NCBI GenBank assembly: GCA_036677065.1
Contig: JAKFBS010000004.1
Coordinates: 352,001 to 416,000 of the forward strand
DNA from: Bdellovibrio sp.
GTDB lineage: Bacteria; Bdellovibrionota; Bdellovibrionia; Bdellovibrionales; Bdellovibrionaceae
DNA length: 64,000 bases
Direction: 5' to 3'
Shown: positions 19,915-30,001 of the stretch, one piece after another
Numbering within the stretch: the stretch's first letter is position 1
Layout: each line of letters begins with the position of its first letter
Notes under the pieces: model-generated
What the model saw: only the letters and a program-made list of their open reading frames with translations
What the model was told of the DNA's origin: nothing
The model's database searches: none
Position numbers and translations under genes: made by a program

Positions 19915-21427
19915 ATTGTTTCGCGATTATTTTTTATTAGCTTCAGTAATTATTATTTTAACGATCGTGTTAGGTTTTTTTGTTTCACGTCTTGTCAGCG
20001 AAAGTTTTAGACCCGAGCGCGTTCAGCGCCAAATGTTGCCGCCGATTTTTTTAGCTAAAACGATTGATAATTTAAATTACCCAACAAAACTTGAAGCGAT
20101 TAAAGCCATGGAGTCTTTTCATGATCGCCAAGGTCCGAAACCATCTCTGGTTCTTATTAATCAAGATCGCCAGATTCTATATTCTGAGACAGAACTTTCA
20201 GACAAAGATCTTCCATCTTTAGAAGTCTTAGCTTCTTTAATTAATGATTACGATTTTCAATTTTACGGTGAAAAACAAGAACGTCCAGGCCCACCAATGC
20301 CAGGACCAGGGGGGCCTTCTCTGGGTGGTCCTGGTGGCCCACCGCCAATGCCAGTGCAAAAATCGGTGATTAAATTAAAAGATACACAAAACGATCTAAA
20401 GAAATATTATTTAGTGATTTTACCGCCCAAAATGTTTGAACCGCAAGGCATGGCAAAATTAATGCCTGTTTTAGGTATTGGTTCATTAGTATTGTCATTA
20501 TTGATCGGCGTGGGGCTTACGCTATTTGTAATTTACTTATCAGTGCGCAAAAAAGTTAAGGATGCCGATTACGTAATTTCAGAATTACATAAGGGTAATC
20601 TTAAAGCGCGCTTTGCCGTAGACCGTAATGATGAATTCGGTCAGGCCATGCTTAGGTTTAATCAAATGGCTGACGAGATCGAGCATTTAGTCAGTCATTT
20701 AAAAAGTGTAGAGGTAAGTCGTCGTAAACTTTTACAAGAGTTAGCTCATGATTTGCGAACACCACTTGCTTCGTTAAAAACGTTACTTGAAACCTTAGAA
20801 ACAAATAATGAAAAGCTTGATTCTAAAACAAAATCAGAACTTCTTTCGCTTTCAAACAAGGAAATTAATTATTTTGCCCGTTTAGTTGAAGACTTATTAG
20901 TGTTATCTCAGGTCGATGATCCAAAATACAGCAGCGAAAATTCTGGCGTTGTCATTTCGCAACTTCTTCAGGATGAAATTTATGATGTCGAAGTTAAAAA
21001 CGCGACAAAACGAGTAGAATTTAAGTCTGATTTCAGCGAAGGCCTGCCGCTGATTGATGGAGATAGAAATTTATTAAAACGCATGTTGCGCAATGCTCTT
21101 GAAAATTCTATTTCATTTGCGAAAAGTAAATTATGGATTTCCATTCGTGATATTAGCCCAACCACATTTAGTATTGTAATCTCTGATGATGGTTCAGGGT
21201 TTAATCCAGATAGTTTATCTGAATTTGGCGAACGGCGCATGACCAGAAAAATTCAATACAATGGAAATGACAATTCACGTGTATCGGTGGGATTAGGCTC
21301 TGTGATTATGAAAAAGATCTGCGAAATTCATGGTGGCCAATTAAAAGCCGAAAATCGCACGAACGAACGGGGAGTCATCGAGGGTGCGATTGTCACCTTC
21401 ACTTTGCCGAAATCAAATATCATATAA
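19901..21427 (+). CDS. HAMP-domain sensor histidine kinase (CpxA/BaeS-like)
   Basis: Two TM helices, Pro/Gly-rich periplasmic loop, HAMP (DEFGQAMLRFNQMA), LAHDLRTPL, DDGSGF, GLG. Confidence 0.93.
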   Translation: MIKHRLFRDYFLLASVIIILTIVLGFFVSRLVSESFRPERVQRQMLPPIFLAKTIDNLNYPTKLEAIKAMESFHDRQGPKPSLVLINQDRQILYSETELSDKDLPSLEVLASLINDYDFQFYGEKQERPGPPMPGPGGPSLGGPGGPPPMPVQKSVIKLKDTQNDLKKYYLVILPPKMFEPQGMAKLMPVLGIGSLVLSLLIGVGLTLFVIYLSVRKKVKDADYVISELHKGNLKARFAVDRNDEFGQAMLRFNQMADEIEHLVSHLKSVEVSRRKLLQELAHDLRTPLASLKTLLETLETNNEKLDSKTKSELLSLSNKEINYFARLVEDLLVLSQVDDPKYSSENSGVVISQLLQDEIYDVEVKNATKRVEFKSDFSEGLPLIDGDRNLLKRMLRNALENSISFAKSKLWISIRDISPTTFSIVISDDGSGFNPDSLSEFGERRMTRKIQYNGNDNSRVSVGLGSVIMKKICEIHGGQLKAENRTNERGVIEGAIVTFTLPKSNII

Positions 21428-21563
21428 AAGAAGAATTTTCTGTGGAAATTTGACAGATGTTTAACATTCGAAGGGGTCTTTTTACCCTAGAGCCAATAAT
21501 TTTAAAGCAATCTTGCCGTCAGGATATTCCCATTCTAAAATCAAGGTGTATCGGGGCACTAAA

Positions 21564-24500
21564 ATGAGCGAAAGCTTAAACGAATCAAGTTTAGATAGAT
21601 ATTTAAAATCTCCATTAGAAATTGAAGTCTTTTTCAACTTTGCAATATCCATCGTGCGTGCACTGAGCGATTTTCATCGCAAAGGTCTTATTCACAAAGA
21701 TATTAAGCCGAAAAACATTTTTTTTAATTCAGAGCTAACAAAAGCAAGGCTTGGAGGCCTTTCTCTGGTTAGTTCTGTACAGACTACAGCCTCAAATTTA
21801 ACAGAAGGCACTTTTGCATATATGTCTCCGGAGCAGACCGGGAGAATGAATTGGCCTGTCGACCGGCGAAGTGACTTGTATTCGATAGGAACAATTTTTT
21901 TTGAAATGCTATCAGGGGAATTGCCTTTTTCGGCGAACACTCCTCTTGAATGGGTTTACAATCACATTGCCAGAGCCCCTGAAATAACGAAACTGAGCAA
22001 GCTAGAAGTGCCCGAAATATTGATGCAAATTATAGTTAAACTCATGGCAAAAATTGCCGATGATCGCTATCAGACAGCAGATGGTCTATTGTATGATTTA
22101 GAATATTGCCAGGCCGAATGGAATAAGAATGGCCACATTGATTTGTTCGTCTTAGGACAAAAAGATTTTCCTGATCAACTACTTATTCCGCAAAAACTTT
22201 ATGGACGCGAAGAAGAAATTTCTTTTCTATTTGAGTCTTTTAAGCGTGTTCTTAAGAATAAAAAGCAGGAGTTAGTTTTAATCTCAGGCTATTCGGGTGT
22301 AGGTAAGTCTGCATTGGTGAATGAATTGCAACGGCCTATTTTTCGTGTACAAGGTTTATTTATTACAGGTAAATTTGATCAGTATAAGAAAAATGCGCCT
22401 TTTCTTACGTTTGTGCAGGCGTTTGATAAATTGATTTTGAATCTTTTAATTCAAAGTGAAGCTGAAGTTGCGGACTGGTCAAAAAAATTAAAAAACGCAT
22501 TAGGAGAAAATGCGCAATTACTTGTTGAAGTTATACCACAACTTGAATTGTTAGTAGGACCACAACCTCCAGTAGCAGAGCTACCGCCTTTGGAGTCACT
22601 TAACCGGTTTCGCAGCGTTTTTCTTAACTTTATAAGAGTATTTACCCAACATGAGCACCCACTCACAATTTTTTTAGATGATTTGCAGTGGGTGGATATG
22701 GCTAGTCTTGGCCTTCTTAAAAACTTAGCAACAGCTTCTGATATCGGATCGTTACTTATTATCGGCTCATATCGCGATAATGAGGTCGATGAAAACCATA
22801 TGTTATCTTTTGCTCTGCGCGATTTGAAGAAAACCAATGCTATCGTATCGAATATTTTTTTAGCGCCACTTACATTTGAAAAATTAAATTCTCTTGTCGC
22901 GGATACGTTAAAGATTTCAGAGGATAAAGTTCAGTCGTTGGCTAAATTAATTTTTGAGAAAACCGATGGAAATCCATTTTTTGTTATTCAGCTTTTGAAA
23001 GTTTTATTCGATGAGGGTAGTTTAAGCTATAGTCGAAAAAACCTTACTTGGCAGTGGGATTTGGAAAAGATTCGTTCAAAAGAATACGCCGATAATATTT
23101 TGCAGTTAGTTATTCAAAAAATTAAAAGCCTACCGATTTCAGCACAAGATTTATTAAAGGGAATGGCTTGCTTGGGAAATACTGTCTCGAAAAACGATCT
23201 AAAAATTATTTTTGACTATTCTGAAGAATTTATTACGTCGACTTTAGCAATTGCTCAAGACAATGGAATTTTGGCTGTGGATGGAGATATTTGTAAGTTT
23301 ATGCATGACCAACTTCACGAGGCTGCGTATTCGTTGATTTCGCCTGGTCAGCATGCCGAAGCGCATTTATATATTTCACAGGTTATGCTCAGTCGCTTTT
23401 CAAAAGAAAAGATAGATAGTAGAATATTTGACGTCGTTGAACAGATTAATCAGTCTTCACAGTTATTCGTAGAAGCGAATCAAAAAAATCAAGGGGCTGA
23501 ATTAAATCTAATAGCTGCTGAAAAAGCTAAAGCTTCTACGGCATTTAAAGCTGCTGCTCACTATTGTACTCAGGGTTTAAAGATTTTACCTTCAGATTCC
23601 ATTAGTGAGCGATTTGAATTATTTTTTTCTTTAAGTTTGCTTCAGGTTCAATGCGAATTAGCTACTGGCAACTTCGAAACGGCAGAGCGATTGTTGCCGG
23701 CTGTATTAAAAAACGCACGTAGCAAGATTGACCAAGCATCAGCTAGACAGGTGCAAATTAATATACATGCAGCCAAGGGGCAATTTGAAAAAGCTTTGAA
23801 TGCGGCAATAGAACTTCTCAAAATGTATGACTTAGAGGTTTCAATTAATCCACCAGCGAGTGAAGTTGAAAAGATTGATAAGAATTTGTGGACACGAATG
23901 ACCAAAATGGGCAATAAGGCTTTACAGCAGCTTCCAACACGGTCAGAAGAACATAAAGATATAGAAATTGTTATGGAAGTTTTATCTAATATCTTGCCGA
24001 GTGCATATTTCATAAATGTTCACATGCATCGGCTAGTGGCCTGCCACATGATGGATCTGACTCTGCGCTATGGAGTGTTTCAGATGTCACCTGTGGGATT
24101 AATGGCTTATGCATTGGAACTAAATATTCAAAAGCGCTACAAGGATGCAGAAGAGTTAGGTGCTTGTGCCAGACATTTAGTTGAAAAATACCAGTTACAA
24201 ATTTGTCGATCAAAGGTATTCCAGCTCCTGGGCGCAATACTTTACCCATGGACTAGCAGTTTCGCAGCAGCCCTAGCTGCCCTTGACGAAGCTATTGTGG
24301 CTGAAAATGGTGACGTTATATTTAAATCGTTAGCCCATCTGTACAAAATGCTTTTGTTGGCTGAGATCGGAACTGAGTTAAATGAGCTAAGTGCAGCTAC
24401 CGATCGAGCGTTGTTATATATAGAATCGCGAGAAATTCATATTTTCGGTGAGCCACTAATTTCGCTGCAGAAATTTATCAGCGAGTTAAAAGGAACAAAT

Positions 24501-26789
24501 GGTCCGGCTGATTACAGTCAGCGAATATTAAGTCACTCTGATCCTATCGTGTTGGCGTGGGGTTCTTTTTACAGATTGCAATCAAATATATTTTTCAATG
24601 AATTTGAAAAGGCTGAAAAAGAGTCTGAAATTTTTGGTACCTTTGTTTTTCATTTGCGCGGACAGCCAATTGAGCTGGAGTATGCTTTTTTCACAGGACT
24701 AGCTATAACAGGATCCTGGGACAAGACAAATCCAGAACAGCAAAATAGCTTTTTACCAAAACTCAAAAAAATTGAGAAAGATTTGCGGGACTGGGCAGAT
24801 CTTAATCCTGAGAATTTCAGGTATCGATGGCTGCTTATCGCGGCAGAAGTTGCGCGTGTCGAAAAAAATTATTTTCAAGCCCAGCTTCTTTACACGAAAG
24901 CCATTCAGGCAACTATTGATGCCAAGTGCGTACACATGACAGCTCTCTGTTATGAGCGGGCCGCAGAATTTTACAAAACTCAAAAGCTGGATTTGATATA
25001 TGAGACTTACATTAAAAAATCTTACATCAGTTACCTTCAGTGGGGTGCTACTGCAAAAGCCGCGCAGCTAGCTAAGGCTAACGTAGATCTTGATCCAAAA
25101 TTAGTGTCACCGATGACATCATTATTAAGCGATACAGTCAGCGCAAAGTCAGAACAACTTGATTTTCTATCTATCATCAAAGCTTCGCAAATCATTTCCG
25201 GAAAAATAGATTTTGAGGAATTGGTACCCACACTGTTGAAAGTGATCATGGAACAAAGTGGCGCTCGTAAGGCTGTGCTCGCCTTGTGGAAGGATGAGGC
25301 TTTGTCGCTTGAGGCGATCGTGAAAGTTGGAATTAGCGGTTACGAAACTGAAATGCTACATTCAGTTAAAATAGATTCATCACCCGAAATTCCAAAATCA
25401 ATTTTGCGCTATGTTCAGCGAGTAAAAGAAGCCGTTATTTTTAATGATGCAAGTACTGATGCCGCCCAGTTTTCGGCTGATGAATACATAATACATGCGA
25501 AACCAAAGGCTTTATTGAGTCTACCTATTCTGCGCGGCCAAGAGTTAGTCGGTGTTCTTTATCTTGAAAATGATGTTACGCACGGAGTTTTTTCAGAAAG
25601 TCGGTTATCTGCGCTGCAGTTGATCGCAGCACAAGTCGCAGTGTCACTGCAAAATGCTTTGTATTATAAAGCATTACGTTCAAGTCAAAAACAGTTGCAG
25701 TCAATAATAGATTCAACAACGTCGGTAATTGTTGTCAGAGATCTTCAAGGTCGATTTGTTTTAGTGAATAAGCAGTTTGAACTTATTTTAGGCCTGTCAG
25801 AGGAAAATATTATTGGTAAAACAGATTACGATATTTTTTCTAAAGATTTAGCGGATAAAATACGAAGCCAAGAATTAAAAGTTCTTGAGACAAAAGCTCC
25901 GGTTGAACAGGAAATTTTATCTCCGTACGGCGAAAGCAATCAAACTTATTTAACAACTAAGTTTCCCCTCTATACTGAAGATAATAAGCCCTATGCAATT
26001 TGTACGATAGCCACAGACATCAGTGTCCGGATTCGAATTGAAAAAGAACGTGAAGCCTTGCTTGAAGCCACACAAAAATCGGTTAAAGTAAGGGATGACT
26101 TTATTGCAATTGTATCTCACGAATTGCGGACGCCGCTAACTCCTTTAAAGTTATCTTTAGATATGCTGGGCATGAATTTACAGAAAGTTGGCGCGGCTGA
26201 ATTACCTAAACTTGGCGGGCTAATTAAAGCTTTTGAAAAAACAGAAAAAATTGTGGGGCGGTTAAGTAAGTTAACTGAGGATATTCTCGATGTTTCGACA
26301 ATTGCTTCTGATAGATTAATACTAAAATGCGCCGAAGTTGATTTAGTGAAGTTAGTTCGTGAAACCGCGGATAGCTTCAGTGAAGCGCTTTCTAAGAACC
26401 GTTGTAATTTAGAAATAAAGATTGAAAATGAACCTATTATTGGCTTGTGGGATAAAGCTCGAATACAACAAGTCATTGAGAACCTGTTGAGTAATGCAAT
26501 AAAATATGGCCCGGGCATGCCTATTGAGATTGTTCTTATAAAGACAGGTGCCTGGATAAAACTTGAAATTAGTGATCATGGTGTTGGTATCGCCCCAGCA
26601 GAACAAACGAGAATATTTGAACGTTTTGAACGTGCGGTATCTATAAATAATTACGGCGGCTTGGGCCTTGGACTATATATAGCCCGCGCTATAGTTGTCG
26701 CCCATGGAGGATCGATCACCGTGCGAAGTGAACTTAAAAAAGGCTCGACATTTAGCATTCAACTTCCAGTGTCTTACGTTAAAAAATAA
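21564..26789 (+). CDS. hybrid Ser/Thr-kinase-like/AAA ATPase/GAF/PAS/histidine kinase
   Basis: HKDIKPKN, YMSPEQTGR, GYSGVGKS, FLDDLQW, GNPFF, GAF (GVLYLEN), PAS, SHELRTPL, GLGLGL; ORF track start 21513. Confidence 0.92.
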   Translation: MSESLNESSLDRYLKSPLEIEVFFNFAISIVRALSDFHRKGLIHKDIKPKNIFFNSELTKARLGGLSLVSSVQTTASNLTEGTFAYMSPEQTGRMNWPVDRRSDLYSIGTIFFEMLSGELPFSANTPLEWVYNHIARAPEITKLSKLEVPEILMQIIVKLMAKIADDRYQTADGLLYDLEYCQAEWNKNGHIDLFVLGQKDFPDQLLIPQKLYGREEEISFLFESFKRVLKNKKQELVLISGYSGVGKSALVNELQRPIFRVQGLFITGKFDQYKKNAPFLTFVQAFDKLILNLLIQSEAEVADWSKKLKNALGENAQLLVEVIPQLELLVGPQPPVAELPPLESLNRFRSVFLNFIRVFTQHEHPLTIFLDDLQWVDMASLGLLKNLATASDIGSLLIIGSYRDNEVDENHMLSFALRDLKKTNAIVSNIFLAPLTFEKLNSLVADTLKISEDKVQSLAKLIFEKTDGNPFFVIQLLKVLFDEGSLSYSRKNLTWQWDLEKIRSKEYADNILQLVIQKIKSLPISAQDLLKGMACLGNTVSKNDLKIIFDYSEEFITSTLAIAQDNGILAVDGDICKFMHDQLHEAAYSLISPGQHAEAHLYISQVMLSRFSKEKIDSRIFDVVEQINQSSQLFVEANQKNQGAELNLIAAEKAKASTAFKAAAHYCTQGLKILPSDSISERFELFFSLSLLQVQCELATGNFETAERLLPAVLKNARSKIDQASARQVQINIHAAKGQFEKALNAAIELLKMYDLEVSINPPASEVEKIDKNLWTRMTKMGNKALQQLPTRSEEHKDIEIVMEVLSNILPSAYFINVHMHRLVACHMMDLTLRYGVFQMSPVGLMAYALELNIQKRYKDAEELGACARHLVEKYQLQICRSKVFQLLGAILYPWTSSFAAALAALDEAIVAENGDVIFKSLAHLYKMLLLAEIGTELNELSAATDRALLYIESREIHIFGEPLISLQKFISELKGTNGPADYSQRILSHSDPIVLAWGSFYRLQSNIFFNEFEKAEKESEIFGTFVFHLRGQPIELEYAFFTGLAITGSWDKTNPEQQNSFLPKLKKIEKDLRDWADLNPENFRYRWLLIAAEVARVEKNYFQAQLLYTKAIQATIDAKCVHMTALCYERAAEFYKTQKLDLIYETYIKKSYISYLQWGATAKAAQLAKANVDLDPKLVSPMTSLLSDTVSAKSEQLDFLSIIKASQIISGKIDFEELVPTLLKVIMEQSGARKAVLALWKDEALSLEAIVKVGISGYETEMLHSVKIDSSPEIPKSILRYVQRVKEAVIFNDASTDAAQFSADEYIIHAKPKALLSLPILRGQELVGVLYLENDVTHGVFSESRLSALQLIAAQVAVSLQNALYYKALRSSQKQLQSIIDSTTSVIVVRDLQGRFVLVNKQFELILGLSEENIIGKTDYDIFSKDLADKIRSQELKVLETKAPVEQEILSPYGESNQTYLTTKFPLYTEDNKPYAICTIATDISVRIRIEKEREALLEATQKSVKVRDDFIAIVSHELRTPLTPLKLSLDMLGMNLQKVGAAELPKLGGLIKAFEKTEKIVGRLSKLTEDILDVSTIASDRLILKCAEVDLVKLVRETADSFSEALSKNRCNLEIKIENEPIIGLWDKARIQQVIENLLSNAIKYGPGMPIEIVLIKTGAWIKLEISDHGVGIAPAEQTRIFERFERAVSINNYGGLGLGLYIARAIVVAHGGSITVRSELKKGSTFSIQLPVSYVKK

Positions 26790-26817
26790 AAAAGGAGAGT
26801 TGTTACACTCTCCTTTT
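26790..26817. terminator. bidirectional intrinsic terminator
   Basis: AAAAGGAGAGT-TGTTAC-ACTCTCCTTTT between convergent genes. Confidence 0.85.
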
Positions 26818-26825
26818 GCTCGTGT

Positions 26826-26850
26826 TTTCGGTTTACAATGTAAACCGAAA
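26826..26850. repeat. perfect 12-bp inverted repeat
   Basis: TTTCGGTTTACA-A-TGTAAACCGAAA. Confidence 0.7.
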
Positions 26851-26882
26851 TACAGAGTGATGAAATTTGCTACTAATATTAA

Positions 26883-28874
26883 CTAGTCACGTGAACGAGG
26901 TGGGCCTGATGGACGACCACCGCGTGATCCTCCGCCGCCGAAACTGCGTCCGCCACCAGATGATGGACGACCTGCGCCGCCACGACCACCACGGAAACCG
27001 CGTGCATCGCCGCCACCTTCAGAACGTGGCGCATCGCCATCGAAACTGCGTTGTGGACGGTCATTAGAAAAGCTAGGACGATCGCCACCGAAAGATGGAC
27101 GATCTTCACGAGGACGATCGAACGAACGTTGTGGACGATCAGCGCCAGCGCCGAATCCACCGCGGTCATTACCACGGAAACCCCATGGACGGCCTTCGCC
27201 AGAAGCGCGTTCTGGACGGTCTCCGCCACGGTCATCACGGTTAAAGCTACGCTCTGGACGATCGCCGCCACCGAAATCACGAGGACCACGATCGCGAGAG
27301 AATCCACCACGAGAACCGCCGCGGTCATTACCACGGAAGCCACCGCCGCCGAAACCACGACGTTCGCCACGGCCTTCGCCACCACGGTCATCATAATTTC
27401 CTTCAGAACGGTTTCCAGTTGATTCGCCACGCTCGCGTAATTCTAATGAACGAGGTTGTTTCATGCGAAGTTCTTCGCCTTGGCCAATGTAGTTTAAAGC
27501 TTTTGCTAACCACTGTTTTGTTTCAGAAGTAAGATCAGCCATGCCATCTAATTGATCGATCGCTTTTTCAAATTTAGAAGTGTCTTTTTCATGCATCTTC
27601 ATAGCCGCGATCTGTTTTAACCAATTTAATTTCATATTGATTTGAACATCTTCAACTAAAGGAATTTTTAAACCTTTGAATTTGAAATTTAAAGCGCGTT
27701 CAAAGCGTGATAATTTTCCAGATTCTTTTGGTTTAACCATTGTCCATACGATACCGGCTTTACCAGCACGTGCTGTACGACCAATACGGTGAGTGTATGT
27801 TTCTGTATCCCAAGGGATTTCGAAATTCACAACGTGAGTTAAATCCTGGATATCTAATCCGCGAGCTGCAACGTCAGTAGCAACTAAGATTTTAGTGCGT
27901 TTAGATTTCATGCGCTCAATCGTGCGCGTACGGTCAGCCTGAACTTTATCGCCGTGAAGTGAATCAACGTCTAAGCCTAATGAGCGTAAGCGCAATTCTA
28001 ATTCAGCAACTTGTTTTTTAGTCGTTGCGAAGATGATACCGTAGAAATCCTGAGTGTTTTTGATTAATAAAGATAAAGCATCTTCTTTATCTTCTTCAAA
28101 AATCACGCAGGCAAATGATTCAACATTTGATTTTTCTTGGTGAGTATTTAAAGTTACTTCTTCAGCGTCTTTTAAATATTTAGACGATAAAGATTTAATT
28201 GCGCGAGACATAGTTGCAGAGAACAACCATGTTTTTAAATCTGTTTTAGCAGATGCTTTCCAGATTGTTTCTAAAGCTTCTTCGAAACCAAAAGATAACA
28301 TTTCATCGGCTTCATCTAAAACTAAGTATTTCACGTCTTTAAGATCAACGATTTTTTGTTCCATAAGATCGACTAAACGACCTGGAGTAGAAACTAATAC
28401 TTCTGGATTAGCGCGGATGTTTTTGATTTGGCGTTCGTAAGATTCACCACCAACAACAGTAGTTACTTTGATTTTTTTGAATTCACCAAAGTTACGGATG
28501 TGGGCAGCAACTTGCTGAGCTAACTCTCGCGTTGGGCAAAGAACTAAAGCTTGTAAGCCAGCTCCTGCAGTGATTTTTTCGATAACCGGTAAACCGAACG
28601 CTGCGGTTTTTCCAGTTCCTGTTTTAGCTAAAGCCACGATGTCTGTGTCTTTTTCTAATAAAAGCGGGATACAGGCTTTTTGAACCGGTGTCGCTTTCGT
28701 AAAGTTTAATTTAGTTAAAGCCTTATGAACTTCAGCAGATAAGGCAAATTCCAAGAAATCTGATGCGATTTCGGTTCCTTCTTGTGCGTCCATTTCAATA
28801 ATTGGCTCAACTGTTTTTTTCGGTGCTTCTACTGCTAATTCAGCCGTAGGCTCCATGTTTTCTGTGTTATTCAC
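26883..28874 (-). CDS. DEAD-box RNA helicase with RGG/RD-rich disordered tail
   Basis: AKTGTGKT, PTRELA, DEAD, SAT, ARGLD, HRIGRTAR; GTG start after AAAGGGA. Confidence 0.95.
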   Translation of the reverse strand: MNNTENMEPTAELAVEAPKKTVEPIIEMDAQEGTEIASDFLEFALSAEVHKALTKLNFTKATPVQKACIPLLLEKDTDIVALAKTGTGKTAAFGLPVIEKITAGAGLQALVLCPTRELAQQVAAHIRNFGEFKKIKVTTVVGGESYERQIKNIRANPEVLVSTPGRLVDLMEQKIVDLKDVKYLVLDEADEMLSFGFEEALETIWKASAKTDLKTWLFSATMSRAIKSLSSKYLKDAEEVTLNTHQEKSNVESFACVIFEEDKEDALSLLIKNTQDFYGIIFATTKKQVAELELRLRSLGLDVDSLHGDKVQADRTRTIERMKSKRTKILVATDVAARGLDIQDLTHVVNFEIPWDTETYTHRIGRTARAGKAGIVWTMVKPKESGKLSRFERALNFKFKGLKIPLVEDVQINMKLNWLKQIAAMKMHEKDTSKFEKAIDQLDGMADLTSETKQWLAKALNYIGQGEELRMKQPRSLELRERGESTGNRSEGNYDDRGGEGRGERRGFGGGGFRGNDRGGSRGGFSRDRGPRDFGGGDRPERSFNRDDRGGDRPERASGEGRPWGFRGNDRGGFGAGADRPQRSFDRPREDRPSFGGDRPSFSNDRPQRSFDGDAPRSEGGGDARGFRGGRGGAGRPSSGGGRSFGGGGSRGGRPSGPPRSRD

Positions 28875-29111
28875 GATCGTCCCTTTTGGTGTGTCGTCGA
28901 CACTACCTATGCGCATATATTTGCCCGCGTTATTTCACGGATCTATCTGCTGTTTATTGAGGGCATAAAGTCGCACCGGATTGCTTAGTAGTAAAGCATT
29001 TTACTGCCTTATGGTATTTAAGCCATCCTGGTGAATTATTTATATGTTTTGGACTGCGTAATTTAGAACCGTTAGAAAGAGTCAGCAGGGCTGAACAACA
29101 CTAGGATACCG

Positions 29112-29438
29112 TTATACGTTGAAGCTTGAACCGCAACCACAATTCTTCGTGGCGTTCGGGTTATTGAAAACAAAGCCTTTTCCGTTTAGTCCGCCAGAAA
29201 AATCCAGCGTCATCCCAATTAAATACAGAAGACTTTGGCCATCAACAATGAGTTTTTGTCCGTTAGATTCAAAGACTTGGTCGCCCTCTTTGGCCTCAGA
29301 ACCGAAATCCATTTTATACGATAAACCAGAACAACCACCTTTTTTTACTTCGACTCTCAAAGCGGCTGTTTCGGGTTTGCCTTCCTCAGATTTGAGGGAA
29401 GCTAATTTGGATGCTGCGGATTCTGAAATTTGAATCAT
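29112..29438 (-). CDS. HesB/IscA-family Fe-S cluster assembly protein
   Basis: GGCSGLSY, NPNATKNCGCGSSF. Confidence 0.95.
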   Translation of the reverse strand: MIQISESAASKLASLKSEEGKPETAALRVEVKKGGCSGLSYKMDFGSEAKEGDQVFESNGQKLIVDGQSLLYLIGMTLDFSGGLNGKGFVFNNPNATKNCGCGSSFNV

Positions 29439-29508
29439 GGGTCCACTATACCGCAAGATACGGCACTTGGCTAGGACCCATTAGGACTTTAAAAAGATTA
29501 TAAACGAA

Positions 29509-29913
29509 CTAGAAGCGTTTAACAGCTTCGCCCCATAAGTGAATTTGAACTGCATCCTGTTTGAAATTAAGCACAAAGTCACCCGAATCATGACCTTCGA
29601 ATGCTGGCCAGTAAACAACTTCGATTTGGCAATGTTGTCCCGGTAATAAAGTTCCTGTGCAGCTATGGCGGCCTCTGAAGTCAAAACTTCCGTACATATT
29701 AGCACTTACGTAATCAAGATTTTCGTCACCTGTGTTCGTGATCGTCCAACGAACGGCATTGTGCGAGTTTACAAACACACGGCCAAACCAGTGCGAAGTA
29801 TAATCTTGCGCAGATACAGATTCTAACTCTGGAGTTACTTCGATTTGGGCTGCTGCGTGAACGGCTTGGTTCAAGCTTAGTGTAGCGACTAATACTAAGA
29901 AAAATTTTGTCAT
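29509..29913 (-). CDS. secreted Ig-like (ASH/PapD-like) domain protein
   Basis: Signal peptide; FGRV...WTITNTG...CTGTLLPGQHCQIEVVY. Confidence 0.7.
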   Translation of the reverse strand: MTKFFLVLVATLSLNQAVHAAAQIEVTPELESVSAQDYTSHWFGRVFVNSHNAVRWTITNTGDENLDYVSANMYGSFDFRGRHSCTGTLLPGQHCQIEVVYWPAFEGHDSGDFVLNFKQDAVQIHLWGEAVKRF

Positions 29914-30001
29914 ATGAAATCCCTTTCACAAATGGTGATACGCAGATTGCATCAACTTTTTTTACCTTTGTCCAACAAAGATATTGTGCTTCAATTAATT
30001 C

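Noticed and set aside
26867..27430. Alternative ORFs (183 aa minus, 123 aa and 66 aa plus) over the helicase tail
   Set aside because: Shadow frames from a GC-rich repetitive region lacking stops; no RBS or family motifs.
29914..30001. Cobalamin riboswitch or NrdR boxes before nrdJ
   Set aside because: Only 88 nt shared with a divergent gene; no B12-box or convincing NrdR palindrome.
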